Positions 1 through 9,308 of a stretch of 54,845 nucleotides of DNA are shown piece after piece; positions within the stretch are counted from its first letter, which is position 1; the number at the start of each line of letters is the position of its first letter. The translations under genes were made by a program, and so were the position numbers. A model generated the notes under the pieces. It ran no database searches. It was not told the origin of the DNA and worked only from the letters and a program-made list of their open reading frames with translations. Source of the DNA: Candidatus Micrarchaeia archaeon (GTDB taxonomy: Archaea; Micrarchaeota; Micrarchaeia; CABMEP01); NCBI GenBank assembly GCA_038886535.1, contig JAVZXS010000004.1:1-54845 (forward strand), written 5' to 3'.

Positions 1-86
1 GGAAGAAGTCTGTTCGAATCGTTTGCTTTTGTTTGATAATCCATTTGTAGGTGCCATACATTTATTTTATAGATTGTTATTTAAAA

Positions 87-905
87 TTATTCTTTTAATT
101 TATTTAATAACTCATTTATTTCATTATTCTGTTTTTGATAATCTTGCATTTGATTCGTCTTCAATTTTATGAAGTCTTCTTCCTTATCTGTAGGTTCTCT
201 AAATACAAACACACCTACTTTACCCCATATTTTCTTTACTTCTTCAAGATATTCGTTGTATTTATTACAATATTCGATTGATTTTTGTTTGTAGAAATCT
301 AATTTTGAGAAATCAACATGTCCCCATGCTACAGCACGTGGATCCTTAATATACCCCTTATAATATGCAACTGCTAAATTGTAATATATCATTAATTTAA
401 GATCTATGAAGTGGAAGTCTGGTTTTTCTTTTAGTCTTTCGTCTATTATTTTTATTGCTTCAAGACAGGTTTTTTCTGTTTCTTCAAATGTTTGATGATA
501 CATGGCTAAGGAATAGATACCATATAACTCTAGGTATAGTGCATCAACATCTTTCGTTTCTTCATATTTTTTCTTGAAATAATTGATTGCTGATTCATTT
601 AATTTTATTCCTAATGAATCATCTATATTAATTTCTCCGCTTTGATGCTTATCTACTTTTAGTAAAAGCTTCCAACCTGTATTGTATTTCTTTTCTATTA
701 CTTCAGATGCATAAAATGGCGGGTCTCTGGCCTTTGCAAATCCAACCGCATCTGCCTTCTTTACAGGACTGAAAAGTAATGAAGCACCTAAGAGACCTGC
801 AGCTAATGGTTTCTTTATCTTCTGCCATAGTGAAGCTTTCTTTTCTTCCTTCTTTTCTTCTTTCTTTATTTCCTTTTTCTCCTCTCTTTCTGCCATGAAT
901 ATCAT
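87..905 (-). CDS. Hypothetical exported/membrane-anchored helical (TPR-like) protein; probable paralog of 35291..36148
   Basis: 272-aa ORF. K/E-rich N-terminus, then hydrophobic KKPLAAGLLGASLLFSPVKKADA (signal-like, AxA), then Tyr/Leu-rich helical repeats (YYNLAVAYY). Confidence 0.6.
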   Translation of the reverse strand: MIFMAEREEKKEIKKEEKKEEKKASLWQKIKKPLAAGLLGASLLFSPVKKADAVGFAKARDPPFYASEVIEKKYNTGWKLLLKVDKHQSGEINIDDSLGIKLNESAINYFKKKYEETKDVDALYLELYGIYSLAMYHQTFEETEKTCLEAIKIIDERLKEKPDFHFIDLKLMIYYNLAVAYYKGYIKDPRAVAWGHVDFSKLDFYKQKSIEYCNKYNEYLEEVKKIWGKVGVFVFREPTDKEEDFIKLKTNQMQDYQKQNNEINELLNKLKE

Positions 906-1059
906 TCGCAGTTTAGGTATTTAAAGATAACGGACATGTCACTCTTTCCTCTCTTCTTCCTGCCCTGATCTTAATCAGTTTATCTGCGATGAACTCAATA
1001 ACAGAATTTATCCATACTTTTGTCAATAGAAAAGAATATGAGATACTAACATATCATAT

Positions 1060-1674
1060 TCACTGTTCGTATTCCTCTGCTTCCTGTTCCCTACACTCTT
1101 CGCATATGAGTTCTCCGTTTACATATTGTAGAGTATCGGAATATAGGCCACACTTTTGACATATTCCTACTGATTGTGACTCTTCAGCCAATCTATTGTA
1201 ATTACCTATCTCCTGAAGTATGTCTATCATTCCTGGTAATGCTCTCGTGATGTCAGTATCTGTTACTATTCCTACAAGCCTTCCTTCTCCATCCACAACA
1301 GCAAGTTTCTTTATCTTATATTTCTTCATTGCCAAAACTGCCTCCTGTATATCTTGTTCTGGTCTTGCAACTCTTAAGGGAGAAGACATAATCTGTTTAA
1401 GCTTGATTGTTGGTTTTTTCTTTACTGCCAATACTCTTCTAACAAGATCTCTCTCTGTCACAATTCCAATTGCCTTTCCCTTTTCTACAACAATTACTGA
1501 ACCAATCTTATTTTTTTCCATAGCCTTTGCTGCATCTAATGCACTCTTTGATGATTCTAAAACAACTACTCCTTTCTGCATGACAGCCTCTAAAGGAATA
1601 GAGGGTCTCTCCCCCTTCAATATTTTAATAAATCTTCTTATTGGACCTTGCTTTGTTTCCATAACATCACTCAC
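1060..1674 (-). CDS. CBS-domain pair protein with C-terminal Zn-ribbon
   Basis: Two CBS motifs (IGIVTERDLV, LVGIVTDTDI) plus CQKC...ICEEC. Confidence 0.9.
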   Translation of the reverse strand: MSDVMETKQGPIRRFIKILKGERPSIPLEAVMQKGVVVLESSKSALDAAKAMEKNKIGSVIVVEKGKAIGIVTERDLVRRVLAVKKKPTIKLKQIMSSPLRVARPEQDIQEAVLAMKKYKIKKLAVVDGEGRLVGIVTDTDITRALPGMIDILQEIGNYNRLAEESQSVGICQKCGLYSDTLQYVNGELICEECREQEAEEYEQ

Positions 1675-1764
1675 CTAATGTGATATAATATCTAATATTT
1701 TAAGACAATAATTTATAAATCTCTCTTATAAGATAATATAGCTATAGTTTGGAAGTGATGGCAG

Positions 1765-2145
1765 ATGTATAGATACAGAAAAGGGGCAAGAAATGAAAGG
1801 GAACTGATCCATATATTTGAAGAAAAAGGATACAGTGTAGTGAGATCTGCAGGTAGTGGGGTAAATGCAGTAAGCCCGGACATCCTTCTATTCAAGCGTG
1901 GAAAGCAGTATGCAGTTGAATGCAAAGCATGGAACAGTGATAGAATTGCGATAGACCACGATAAATTCGAAGCCCTAAACAAATGGGAAGAGAACACAGG
2001 AATTACAACATTGATTGCATGGAAGATGCCTTATGAAGGATGGTATTTTGCATATCTTCCAGAAATGGAAAGAAATGAAAAGTCATACTCGATAACAAAA
2101 AAAAGAATGATTGAAATAAATAGAAAAATCGAAGACATTATATAA
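1765..2145 (+). CDS. hjc: Archaeal Holliday junction resolvase Hjc
   Basis: GARNERELI...GYSVVRSAGSG...PDILL...AVECK, the Hjc PD-(D/E)xK signature. Confidence 0.9.
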   Translation: MYRYRKGARNERELIHIFEEKGYSVVRSAGSGVNAVSPDILLFKRGKQYAVECKAWNSDRIAIDHDKFEALNKWEENTGITTLIAWKMPYEGWYFAYLPEMERNEKSYSITKKRMIEINRKIEDII

Positions 2146-2250
2146 TCAAAGCATTCGCTAGAACAATTGAATGCGACTACAGAGAACAGCAAATAATTTA
2201 AAGATTAAACAACATAAATATGTGTTTGTAAATCTTATTTGTTAATGCTT

Positions 2251-2323
2251 GCCGCGGTAGCTCAATTGGGAGAGCATTCGGCTGAAGACCGAAAGGTTGG
2301 TGGTTCAAATCCGCCCCGCGGCA
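2251..2323 (+). tRNA. tRNA-Phe(GAA)
   Basis: GCCGCGG/CCGCGGC acceptor stem; anticodon arm TTCGG-CTGAAGA-CCGAA; T-loop GTTCAAATC; CCA not encoded. Confidence 0.97.
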
Positions 2324-2380
2324 CTTGACTTCTTATCTTAAAATAAAAACAATTTAATTAATTTTGATATAAACTATTTT

Positions 2381-3697
2381 ATGCATAATTTCAAACGCAA
2401 AGAAATAATTCTGTATATTTCATTCTTCTTTCTATTTACTCTTACTGTATCATATGCAAAGCCAACCAAGGCGCTATTAAATGTAACAATGAATTGGGAT
2501 ATTGTTGCTGATGGAATTATAGATAATGCCACTCTGGATGTGACAATACCTACAAACTCACAAAACCAAAAGATAATAAGCTCTGAATTCTCAGATTCAT
2601 TCAAAATTGTTTCTGGAACCGAATCTAAAATAAGATTTGAATTTGGCGGAATAAGATCAAAGCGAATAACTGCAAACTTTCTAATCCAAACCGACTACAT
2701 AAATCGAAACAATGACTCTAATACGCTAACTAAAAGTTATGTTAATGAAACTGAATATATTATAATCAATGAGGACATTAAAAATCTAAGCAAACTGTTT
2801 GTCTCTTCTTTTCCTTATGATTTGTATGAAATGCAGAACTGGGTTTATAGAAATATAAAGTATAATTCTTCATACACCGACGTAACAATAAGTGACATCA
2901 CTTTAAGTAACATGCCTTCTGACTGGGTTCTTCAAAAAAGGACCGGGGTATGTGATGAGTTTTCAAATTTATTTGCGGCGCTAGCAAGAGCAAAGAACTA
3001 TTCAACAAGGATCATAATCGGCTATGCATATATAGACAAAAAATGGGTTCCGCATGCTTGGTCTGAGGTTTATGACCCTAATTATGGGTGGATTGAAATA
3101 GACCCTACCCACAACCAATTTCTGAATTTGAATGCGTTAAGGGTAAGAACTGGCACTGGAGAGGACATTTCATTGCTTCATGATTCCATAAGCGCGATCT
3201 CGAAAGATGCAAAAAAGATAAATTTAGAAGAGAAAGTCGAGATAGAAATAATAAATTTCACGGAAGAAGACCCTATTGAAGTGAATATTGTTTTCTCACC
3301 ACAGCCTCCATTGGATCAAAACCAGCCGACAATTGTAAAAATAACAAACAAAGAAAACTCCCCAATCTTTGTTAATGCCTTATTCATCCCGCCTGTTTCA
3401 GTAGAATGTTCAGATTGTTTAAAGCAAATAATACTTGAGCCAAAAAATACGTATCAGATGGAATTCAACTTAAGGCTCCCTCCATTAAGTCCGAATGTTA
3501 GATATACTTTTCCTAATACTTTTTTGACTGACTATGAAAAAACAGAGATTTCGTTTGAAAGAGTCCATATAGAGCAAAGCCTTTCTGAAAAATATACAGA
3601 CATCCAAAGCCTTCCAAATGAATTTCAGATGTTTGTAGGCCTATTTGTAGTTGCTGCGGTTGCGATAGTTGCAATTGCAATCCTGCTTGGATTATAA
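2381..3697 (+). CDS. Membrane-anchored transglutaminase-like domain protein
   Basis: Signal peptide; Cys-His-Asp triad motifs GVCDEFSNLF, PHAWSEVY, GWIEIDPT; C-terminal TM helix. Confidence 0.88.
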   Translation: MHNFKRKEIILYISFFFLFTLTVSYAKPTKALLNVTMNWDIVADGIIDNATLDVTIPTNSQNQKIISSEFSDSFKIVSGTESKIRFEFGGIRSKRITANFLIQTDYINRNNDSNTLTKSYVNETEYIIINEDIKNLSKLFVSSFPYDLYEMQNWVYRNIKYNSSYTDVTISDITLSNMPSDWVLQKRTGVCDEFSNLFAALARAKNYSTRIIIGYAYIDKKWVPHAWSEVYDPNYGWIEIDPTHNQFLNLNALRVRTGTGEDISLLHDSISAISKDAKKINLEEKVEIEIINFTEEDPIEVNIVFSPQPPLDQNQPTIVKITNKENSPIFVNALFIPPVSVECSDCLKQIILEPKNTYQMEFNLRLPPLSPNVRYTFPNTFLTDYEKTEISFERVHIEQSLSEKYTDIQSLPNEFQMFVGLFVVAAVAIVAIAILLGL

Positions 3698-3756
3698 AGA
3701 TTCAATAGATTTTTAAAATCTGAGATGTATAATTTATATGTCTCTTCTAAAATTTA

Positions 3757-3830
3757 GCGGCGGTAGTCTAGTCTGGTTAGGACGCGGCCTTGCCAAGGCT
3801 GCAACCCGGGTTCAAATCCCGGCCGCCGCA
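3757..3830 (+). tRNA. tRNA-Gly(GCC)
   Basis: GCGGCGG/CCGCCGC acceptor stem; anticodon arm CGGCC-TTGCCAA-GGCTG; T arm CCGGG-TTCAAAT-CCCGG. Confidence 0.97.
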
Positions 3831-3848
3831 TTTATTTTTCTATTAAAA

Positions 3849-4316
3849 TCAGTTCATTAAATAGACATAATAGTTTAGAATTAAGGCAAAACTTACCCAG
3901 AGTATATAGGGAATAATGAGATAGGCTGCAATCTTTGACTCTTTATAGAATGAAAATGTTGTCAATAGAATTGAAATCTAAAGCAATACAATTATTATTA
4001 AAGCCAATAATAAATTCTTTATTCCAAAAAAGGCTACTGACCAAATTGAATTAAGAATTAATTGCAGGAAAAAATGCTTGTATGTATTAAAGTTTTTAGT
4101 TATTTCCTTCTTTTTCCAAACTAAATAAAAAGAAATACCGATTAATAAGTAAAGTAAAGTCCATATTGAACCAAAAACCCAATTTGGTGGATTAAATAAA
4201 GGTTTTGATAGACTGGCATACCATGAATTTATTTCTGGATAGGTAAAAAATGAACCTATTCCACCTGTTAAAAATGGAACCGATAATGCGATTATAATTT
4301 TTTGATAATTTTTCAT
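3849..4316 (-). pseudogene. tspO: TspO/MBR tryptophan-rich sensory protein interrupted by an in-frame TAG at 3978-3980
   Basis: WYASLSKPLFNPPNWVFGSIWTLLY and QLILNSIWSVAFFG motifs. The frame continues past the TAG as ISILLTTFSFYKESKIAAYLIIPYILWVSFALILNYYVYLMN*, giving a normal-length 155 codons. Confidence 0.85.
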
Positions 4317-4412
4317 TATAACAAATTAGAAGAAATAAATAAAAATCTGATTAAGCTGATTTTTTTAATTTTTATGTAATATAATAAGATATTTGATTGA
4401 CTTGGTGGGTTT

Positions 4413-4925
4413 ATGGATAAAGTTCTTATGATAATCGCTCCAGATAAATTTAGAGATGAAGAGCTATTTGAACCAAAGAATGTTTTTGAATCAAATGGAT
4501 ATAAAGTTGAGATATCCTCAAAAGGAGTCAAAAAATCTACAGGTATGCTAGGTGGAAATGTAAATATTGATATTGATATAACAAAAGTCAATATAAATGA
4601 TTATAAAGCAGTTGTTTTTGTAGGTGGAAGCGGAGCTTCTGTATATTTTGAAGATAAAGATGCACTTAAAATTGCAGAGGATGCTTATAAGAAAGGAAAG
4701 ATTGTTGCTGCAATATGCATTGCTCCTTCTATCCTAGCTAATGCAGGAATTTTGAAAGGAAAAAATGCTACAGCTTTTCCATCTGAAAAAGGCAATCTGA
4801 TACAAAAAGGTGCAAACTTCATAAATGAAGGAGTTGTAGTCGATGGAAAAATTATAACTGCAAGCGGACCTAAATTCGCAAAGAAATTTGGAGAAGAAAT
4901 AATAAAACTACTAAAAAGTGAGTGA
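4413..4925 (+). CDS. DJ-1/PfpI family protein
   Basis: FRDEELFEP, VFVGGSGA, AAICIAP (catalytic Cys), VVVDGKIITASGP. Confidence 0.93.
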   Translation: MDKVLMIIAPDKFRDEELFEPKNVFESNGYKVEISSKGVKKSTGMLGGNVNIDIDITKVNINDYKAVVFVGGSGASVYFEDKDALKIAEDAYKKGKIVAAICIAPSILANAGILKGKNATAFPSEKGNLIQKGANFINEGVVVDGKIITASGPKFAKKFGEEIIKLLKSE

Positions 4926-4930
4926 TAAAA

Positions 4931-6880
4931 ATGCAATTAGAAGAAGAAGTAGAAAATGCGTTTGGAAAACTTGTTGAAAAAGTGAAAAAAGAAAATGAAA
5001 AAATAGATATAAATGCATTAAGAAAAGCTATTGAATTTGCATCTATAGCACATAAAAATCAGTATAGACTATCTGGAGAGCCATATATTATGCATTGTAT
5101 AGCTGTAGCCGAGATAGTTTCAGATTATCTTAATGATGTGGTTTCAATTCAAGCAGCTATTATTCACGATGTTTGTAGAGATGCTGGAATACCTACTATT
5201 ACTATTGAAAAAGAGTTCGGAGAACAAGTTGCCAAAATAGTTGATGGATTAACAAAAATAGGTAAAATACCTTTCCTAAAGCTTGAACAGGCAGAAGCGG
5301 AGAACATAAGAAAAATGCTTTTAGTACTTAGTAAAGATGTAAGGATTATAATAATAAAACTTGCTGATAGACTTCACAACATGCGAACTATTTCATTCCT
5401 ACCAGAACATAAACAAAAAAGAATGGCAGAAGAAACATTTCAAATCTATATACCTATAGCACATAAACTTAATATAACGAAAATAAAAAATGAGCTTGAA
5501 GATCTTTATCTTTCTGTGATGGAACCAGAAGCTTATTTACAAATAAAAAATGCATTAGAAGAAAAAAGAAAAGGTAAAGAAAAAGAAACGGAAAGGATAA
5601 GAAATGAAATAGAAAAATTACTTAAAGCTAAAGGGATAGATGTAAGAGTAAAAAGCAGAGAAAAGCACATATATTCAATATACAGGAAAATGAAAAGAAA
5701 AGAACTTACCTTTGATCAATTGATGGATTTATTTGCTATAAGAATAATAACTAAGAGAGTAAGTGACTGCTATAGAATATTAGAAATAATTAGCGAAAAT
5801 TATAGAATAATTCCAGAAAGTCTTGATGATTATATTGCATCACCAAAATCAAATATGTATCAATCAATTCATATAAATTTCTTAACTGAAAATGATCAGA
5901 ATATTGAAGCGCAGATAAGAACAGAAGAAATGGATAGAATAGCTGAAATGGGTATAGCTGCACATTGGAAATACAAAGGTCATGGTGAAGAAGAATTCGA
6001 TAAAAAAATAGAATGGATGAAGAATTTATTAGAATGGCAAAAACAAATAACTGAAGAAAATGAGTATATTGAAGGAATAAAGATAGAATTATTTGAAAGA
6101 GGTGTTGTAGTCTTTACACCAAAAGGAGATATGATTGAATTACCTAATGGATCCACTGCACTTGATTTTGCATTTGCATTGCATACATCTATAGGTTTGA
6201 ATGCAGATAAAATAAAAGTAAACGGAAAAATTGTTCCTTTTAATCAAGTTCTCAATGATGGGGATATTGTTGAAGTATTAACTTCTCCTCAGAAAAGAGT
6301 TAATATAAACTGGCTTGGCATAGTTAAAACTTCAAAAGCTAAGGCTAAGATTAGAGCAGCTTTAAACCTTACTGGGCCAAAGAAGAACATTACTAAAGAA
6401 CCAGAAGTTGCAATATCTGAACGTGGAAAAAAAGCAAGAATGGAAAATGGAGAATTAATTGCACAAATAAATTCACCTAATATAAATATTGCAAAATGTT
6501 GTAATCCAACTATCAATGATAAAATTGTTACTTATCCGCCAAAAGACGGTAGATATACAATTCATAGAGCAGACTGTAAAACATTTGAAAAAACAGCAGA
6601 ATTTAAAAGAAAAATAAATGCTAGATGGGAAATACAAACTAATATATATCTACAAAAGATTAATGTAGTCAGCGAGGATAGACCTAAACTATTATCTGAT
6701 TTAATAAAGCTTATTATGGGTCAGCATATTGAAATTAAAAAAATAAATATAAGTGAGACAAAAGATGAAAGAATAATGATAAATTTAGTTCTTGCATATA
6801 ATTCCAATGAACAAATTGAAAAAATAAAGAACGAAGTTAAAAAGATACCAGGTATCAAAGAAGCATTTCTTATTGTTTAG
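4931..6880 (+). CDS. rel: Long RelA/SpoT homolog (HD hydrolase, synthetase, TGS, ZFD, ACT)
   Basis: HKNQYRLSGEPYIMH, IHDV, KLADRLHNMRT, DLFAIRII, DYIASPKSNMYQSIH, EAQIRT, GIAAHWKYK, TGS VFTPKGD..LP.GST.LDFAFALH, AKCCNP..IHRADC, ACT DRPKLLSDL. ATG at 4931 preferred over the GTG at 4922. Confidence 0.95.
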   Translation: MQLEEEVENAFGKLVEKVKKENEKIDINALRKAIEFASIAHKNQYRLSGEPYIMHCIAVAEIVSDYLNDVVSIQAAIIHDVCRDAGIPTITIEKEFGEQVAKIVDGLTKIGKIPFLKLEQAEAENIRKMLLVLSKDVRIIIIKLADRLHNMRTISFLPEHKQKRMAEETFQIYIPIAHKLNITKIKNELEDLYLSVMEPEAYLQIKNALEEKRKGKEKETERIRNEIEKLLKAKGIDVRVKSREKHIYSIYRKMKRKELTFDQLMDLFAIRIITKRVSDCYRILEIISENYRIIPESLDDYIASPKSNMYQSIHINFLTENDQNIEAQIRTEEMDRIAEMGIAAHWKYKGHGEEEFDKKIEWMKNLLEWQKQITEENEYIEGIKIELFERGVVVFTPKGDMIELPNGSTALDFAFALHTSIGLNADKIKVNGKIVPFNQVLNDGDIVEVLTSPQKRVNINWLGIVKTSKAKAKIRAALNLTGPKKNITKEPEVAISERGKKARMENGELIAQINSPNINIAKCCNPTINDKIVTYPPKDGRYTIHRADCKTFEKTAEFKRKINARWEIQTNIYLQKINVVSEDRPKLLSDLIKLIMGQHIEIKKINISETKDERIMINLVLAYNSNEQIEKIKNEVKKIPGIKEAFLIV

Positions 6881-6971
6881 TATTTCTAGTGTTCTTTAAA
6901 TCAAACGGGAAAGTATAAAACAGCAAAGATTATAAATGATTAACACATAATATATTTATCTATTTGTTCTA

Positions 6972-7005
6972 TTGCATTTTGATGCAAGTATGCATTATGC
7001 ATACT
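6972..7005 (+). promoter_or_regulatory. Two adjacent hairpins in the predicted 5' UTR of rpl7ae
   Basis: TTGCAT-tttg-ATGCAA (6972-6987) and AGTATGCA-tta-TGCATACT (6987-7005), downstream of a TTATAAAT TATA-like box near 6930. Confidence 0.45.
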
Positions 7006-7029
7006 CTATGAACTAAGAGGTGTGAGAGT

Positions 7030-7467
7030 ATGGCAAGCTACGTTAAATTTGAAGTACCAAAAGAAATATCTGACAGAATCATCAACGCTGTGAGCGTTGC
7101 AAAAGATACTGGAAAGATAAGAAAAGGTGCTAATGAGACAACAAAATCTATAGAATCTGGAAAGGCAAAGATAGTTGTAATAGCATCTGATGTTAATCCA
7201 GAAGAAATTGTAATGCATCTACCAATTCTTTGTGAAGAAAAAGGAATTCCTTTTGTATATGTTCCAACAAAAGCAGAACTTGGGAAAGCTGTTGGAATAA
7301 ATGTCAGTTGTGCAGCAGTAGCAATAGAGGATCTTGGTGGAGCAAAAGGAGAGATTGAAGATATTGTAGTAAAGCTCGGTCAGAAAATGCCATCTTCTGG
7401 AAAGGAAGAAGAGAAGGAAGATAAATCTACAAAACTCACTAAGGAAAAGAAAGGAAAGAAAAAATAA
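7030..7467 (+). CDS. rpl7ae: Ribosomal protein L7Ae (eL8)
   Basis: GKIRKGANETTKSIE, VIASDVNPEEIVMHLPILCEEKGIP; extra K/E-rich C-terminal tail. Confidence 0.97.
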   Translation: MASYVKFEVPKEISDRIINAVSVAKDTGKIRKGANETTKSIESGKAKIVVIASDVNPEEIVMHLPILCEEKGIPFVYVPTKAELGKAVGINVSCAAVAIEDLGGAKGEIEDIVVKLGQKMPSSGKEEEKEDKSTKLTKEKKGKKK

Positions 7468-7483
7468 TAATTGATGTATCAAG

Positions 7484-7798
7484 GTGATATTAATGGCAGA
7501 TGAAAAGAAAAATGAGAGTAAGAAAGAAACGAAAAAGAAAGAAACCTCACCATCCACAAAGCAAGAGGTACAACAAAGTCAAACTGAACAACAACTTAAT
7601 GGATATAGAGGAGAAGTTATCGAACTAATAGGAAAGACAGGAACTTGTGGAGAGGTCAGGCAAGTGATGTGTAGAATATTGGATGGTAGAGATAAAGGAA
7701 GAGTTATAAGAAGAAATGTTAAGGGTCAGGTTAAAGTAGGAGACATATTACTTCTTGTTGATACAGAAAGAGAAGCAAAGCAAATCAAGAGCAAGTAA
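7484..7798 (+). CDS. rps28e: Ribosomal protein S28e with N-terminal charged extension
   Basis: [41 protein letters not shown]. The likely start is the internal Met (MADEKK). Confidence 0.95.
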   Translation: MILMADEKKNESKKETKKKETSPSTKQEVQQSQTEQQLNGYRGEVIELIGKTGTCGEVRQVMCRILDGRDKGRVIRRNVKGQVKVGDILLLVDTEREAKQIKSK

Positions 7799-7830
7799 AC
7801 AATTAGATCAATTGAAATATAGGTGTTATT

Positions 7831-8013
7831 ATGAAGTGTTCATTCTGTAATAAAGAGATAAAGAAAGGATCTGGATTAGTGTATGTAAAAACTGACGGAA
7901 CTATGTTTTATTTTGATTCAGGAAAATGCATGAAGAATATGCTCAAACTTAAAAGAAAACCTACCAAACTTAAGTGGACTAGAACAAAGATCCAAACTGA
8001 AAATAAGAATTAA
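7831..8013 (+). CDS. rpl24e: Ribosomal protein L24e
   Basis: CSFCNKEIKKGSGLVYVKTDG...KC...KRKPTKLKWT. Confidence 0.95.
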   Translation: MKCSFCNKEIKKGSGLVYVKTDGTMFYFDSGKCMKNMLKLKRKPTKLKWTRTKIQTENKN

Positions 8014-8055
8014 TTTTTTCCTTTTTCTTGCTTTTATTTTTAATTTCGTTTTTTA
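8014..8055 (+). terminator. T-rich putative archaeal terminator after rpl24e
   Basis: Runs of T (TTTTTTCCTTTTTCTTGCTTTTATTTTT) directly after the stop, between convergent genes. Confidence 0.45.
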
Positions 8056-8067
8056 TTAATGATGGAA

Positions 8068-9258
8068 TCATAGAATTTTACCTGCACCTGCAAGTCGCCA
8101 CCTTTGATTAACCCTTCTAGATATTGCTATTTTTGATCCTATTGGAGCTGCTATTGGCCTTTTAAGTACGACTTCCATTTTATCTTTCTTTACCTTTTGT
8201 GCAACACCTAATGTAGTGGCAGTTCCTGCTGAAATTACAATCATTTCACCCTCTTTAATGCTTGAGTTTTCATAATCTACACGACTTAGTAATGAATATT
8301 CAATTTTCAGTGAATTATGTAATGGTGGAAGATTCCCAACAGTACTTATAACATTGCCTATTAACCCATCTGCCTTTGCTAAAGAAGGGTCAAGATCTGT
8401 CTGAATGGCAACAAGCCCTCCAGGGCCTGCCTCACTCAATTTTGATGAACCTGCAAACATTGCCACTATCTTTGTCTTTATTATTTCTGGATTTGTCTTT
8501 GAAATCCTAACTATTCCAGGTGCTAATTCTATCTCATCCCCAACCTTTAGTGTTCCAGAAACTATTGATCCTCCAACAACTCCTCCGACAAGCTTATCAA
8601 TAGGGGTACCTGGCTTATTAACATCAAATGAACGGGCAACAAAGAAAAGAGGTTTCTCTGATTTGTCTCTTTTTGGAGTTGGGATGTATTCCTCTATCGC
8701 TCTAAGAAGAACATCTAAATTTGCATTATAATTTGCTGCCACTGGAATGATTGGTGCATTTTCGTAAATTGAACCTTTAAGAAATTCCTTTATTTGCTTA
8801 TAGTGTTCCTTTGCCTTTTCTTTTGAAACTAGATCTATCTTATTCTGCACCACTACAAGATTCTTCACACCCAATATCTCAAGCACCATTTTGTGCTCTT
8901 TTGTCTGTGGTTGCGGACAGGGCTCATTTGCAGCAATTATCAACAACGCGCCATCTAGTATTGACGACGCTGAAATTACAGTGGCCATTAAAGTTTCATG
9001 GCCTGGAGCATCTACAAATGATATTTTCCTCAGTGGAATTGTTTTTCCTTCGCACTTTGGGCATTTATCAGAGGTTGTATAAAAATCACATTTTTCACAT
9101 TTCTTAGTTGTCATTTCAGCATATCCTAATTTTATGGTGATTCCTCTCTTTACTTCCATGCTATGGACATCAGTCCATGTACCAGTAAGCATCTTTGTAA
9201 TGCTTGTCTTTCCATGGTCTACATGTCCAAGAAGTCCTATATTAAGCTCTGCCTGCAT
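8068..9258 (-). CDS. eif2g: Translation initiation factor aIF2 gamma subunit
   Basis: GHVDHGKT, RGITIKLGYA, Zn knuckle, DAPGHE, PQPQTKEH, NKID, ARSFDVNKPG. Confidence 0.97.
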   Translation of the reverse strand: MQAELNIGLLGHVDHGKTSITKMLTGTWTDVHSMEVKRGITIKLGYAEMTTKKCEKCDFYTTSDKCPKCEGKTIPLRKISFVDAPGHETLMATVISASSILDGALLIIAANEPCPQPQTKEHKMVLEILGVKNLVVVQNKIDLVSKEKAKEHYKQIKEFLKGSIYENAPIIPVAANYNANLDVLLRAIEEYIPTPKRDKSEKPLFFVARSFDVNKPGTPIDKLVGGVVGGSIVSGTLKVGDEIELAPGIVRISKTNPEIIKTKIVAMFAGSSKLSEAGPGGLVAIQTDLDPSLAKADGLIGNVISTVGNLPPLHNSLKIEYSLLSRVDYENSSIKEGEMIVISAGTATTLGVAQKVKKDKMEVVLKRPIAAPIGSKIAISRRVNQRWRLAGAGKIL

Positions 9259-9308
9259 CTCTACACCATAAATGTAATAAAAATTAATGCAAATAAAAGA
9301 TTAAACAA

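Noticed and set aside
1..57. Possible start of a minus-strand gene running off the window (MAPTNGLSNKSKRFEQTSS)
   Set aside because: Only 19 codons are visible, too few to support a call.
3978..3980. Genome-wide amber recoding or pyrrolysine
   Set aside because: TAG ends conserved genes at their expected positions (rel, rpoF, rpl39e); only one internal TAG was seen.
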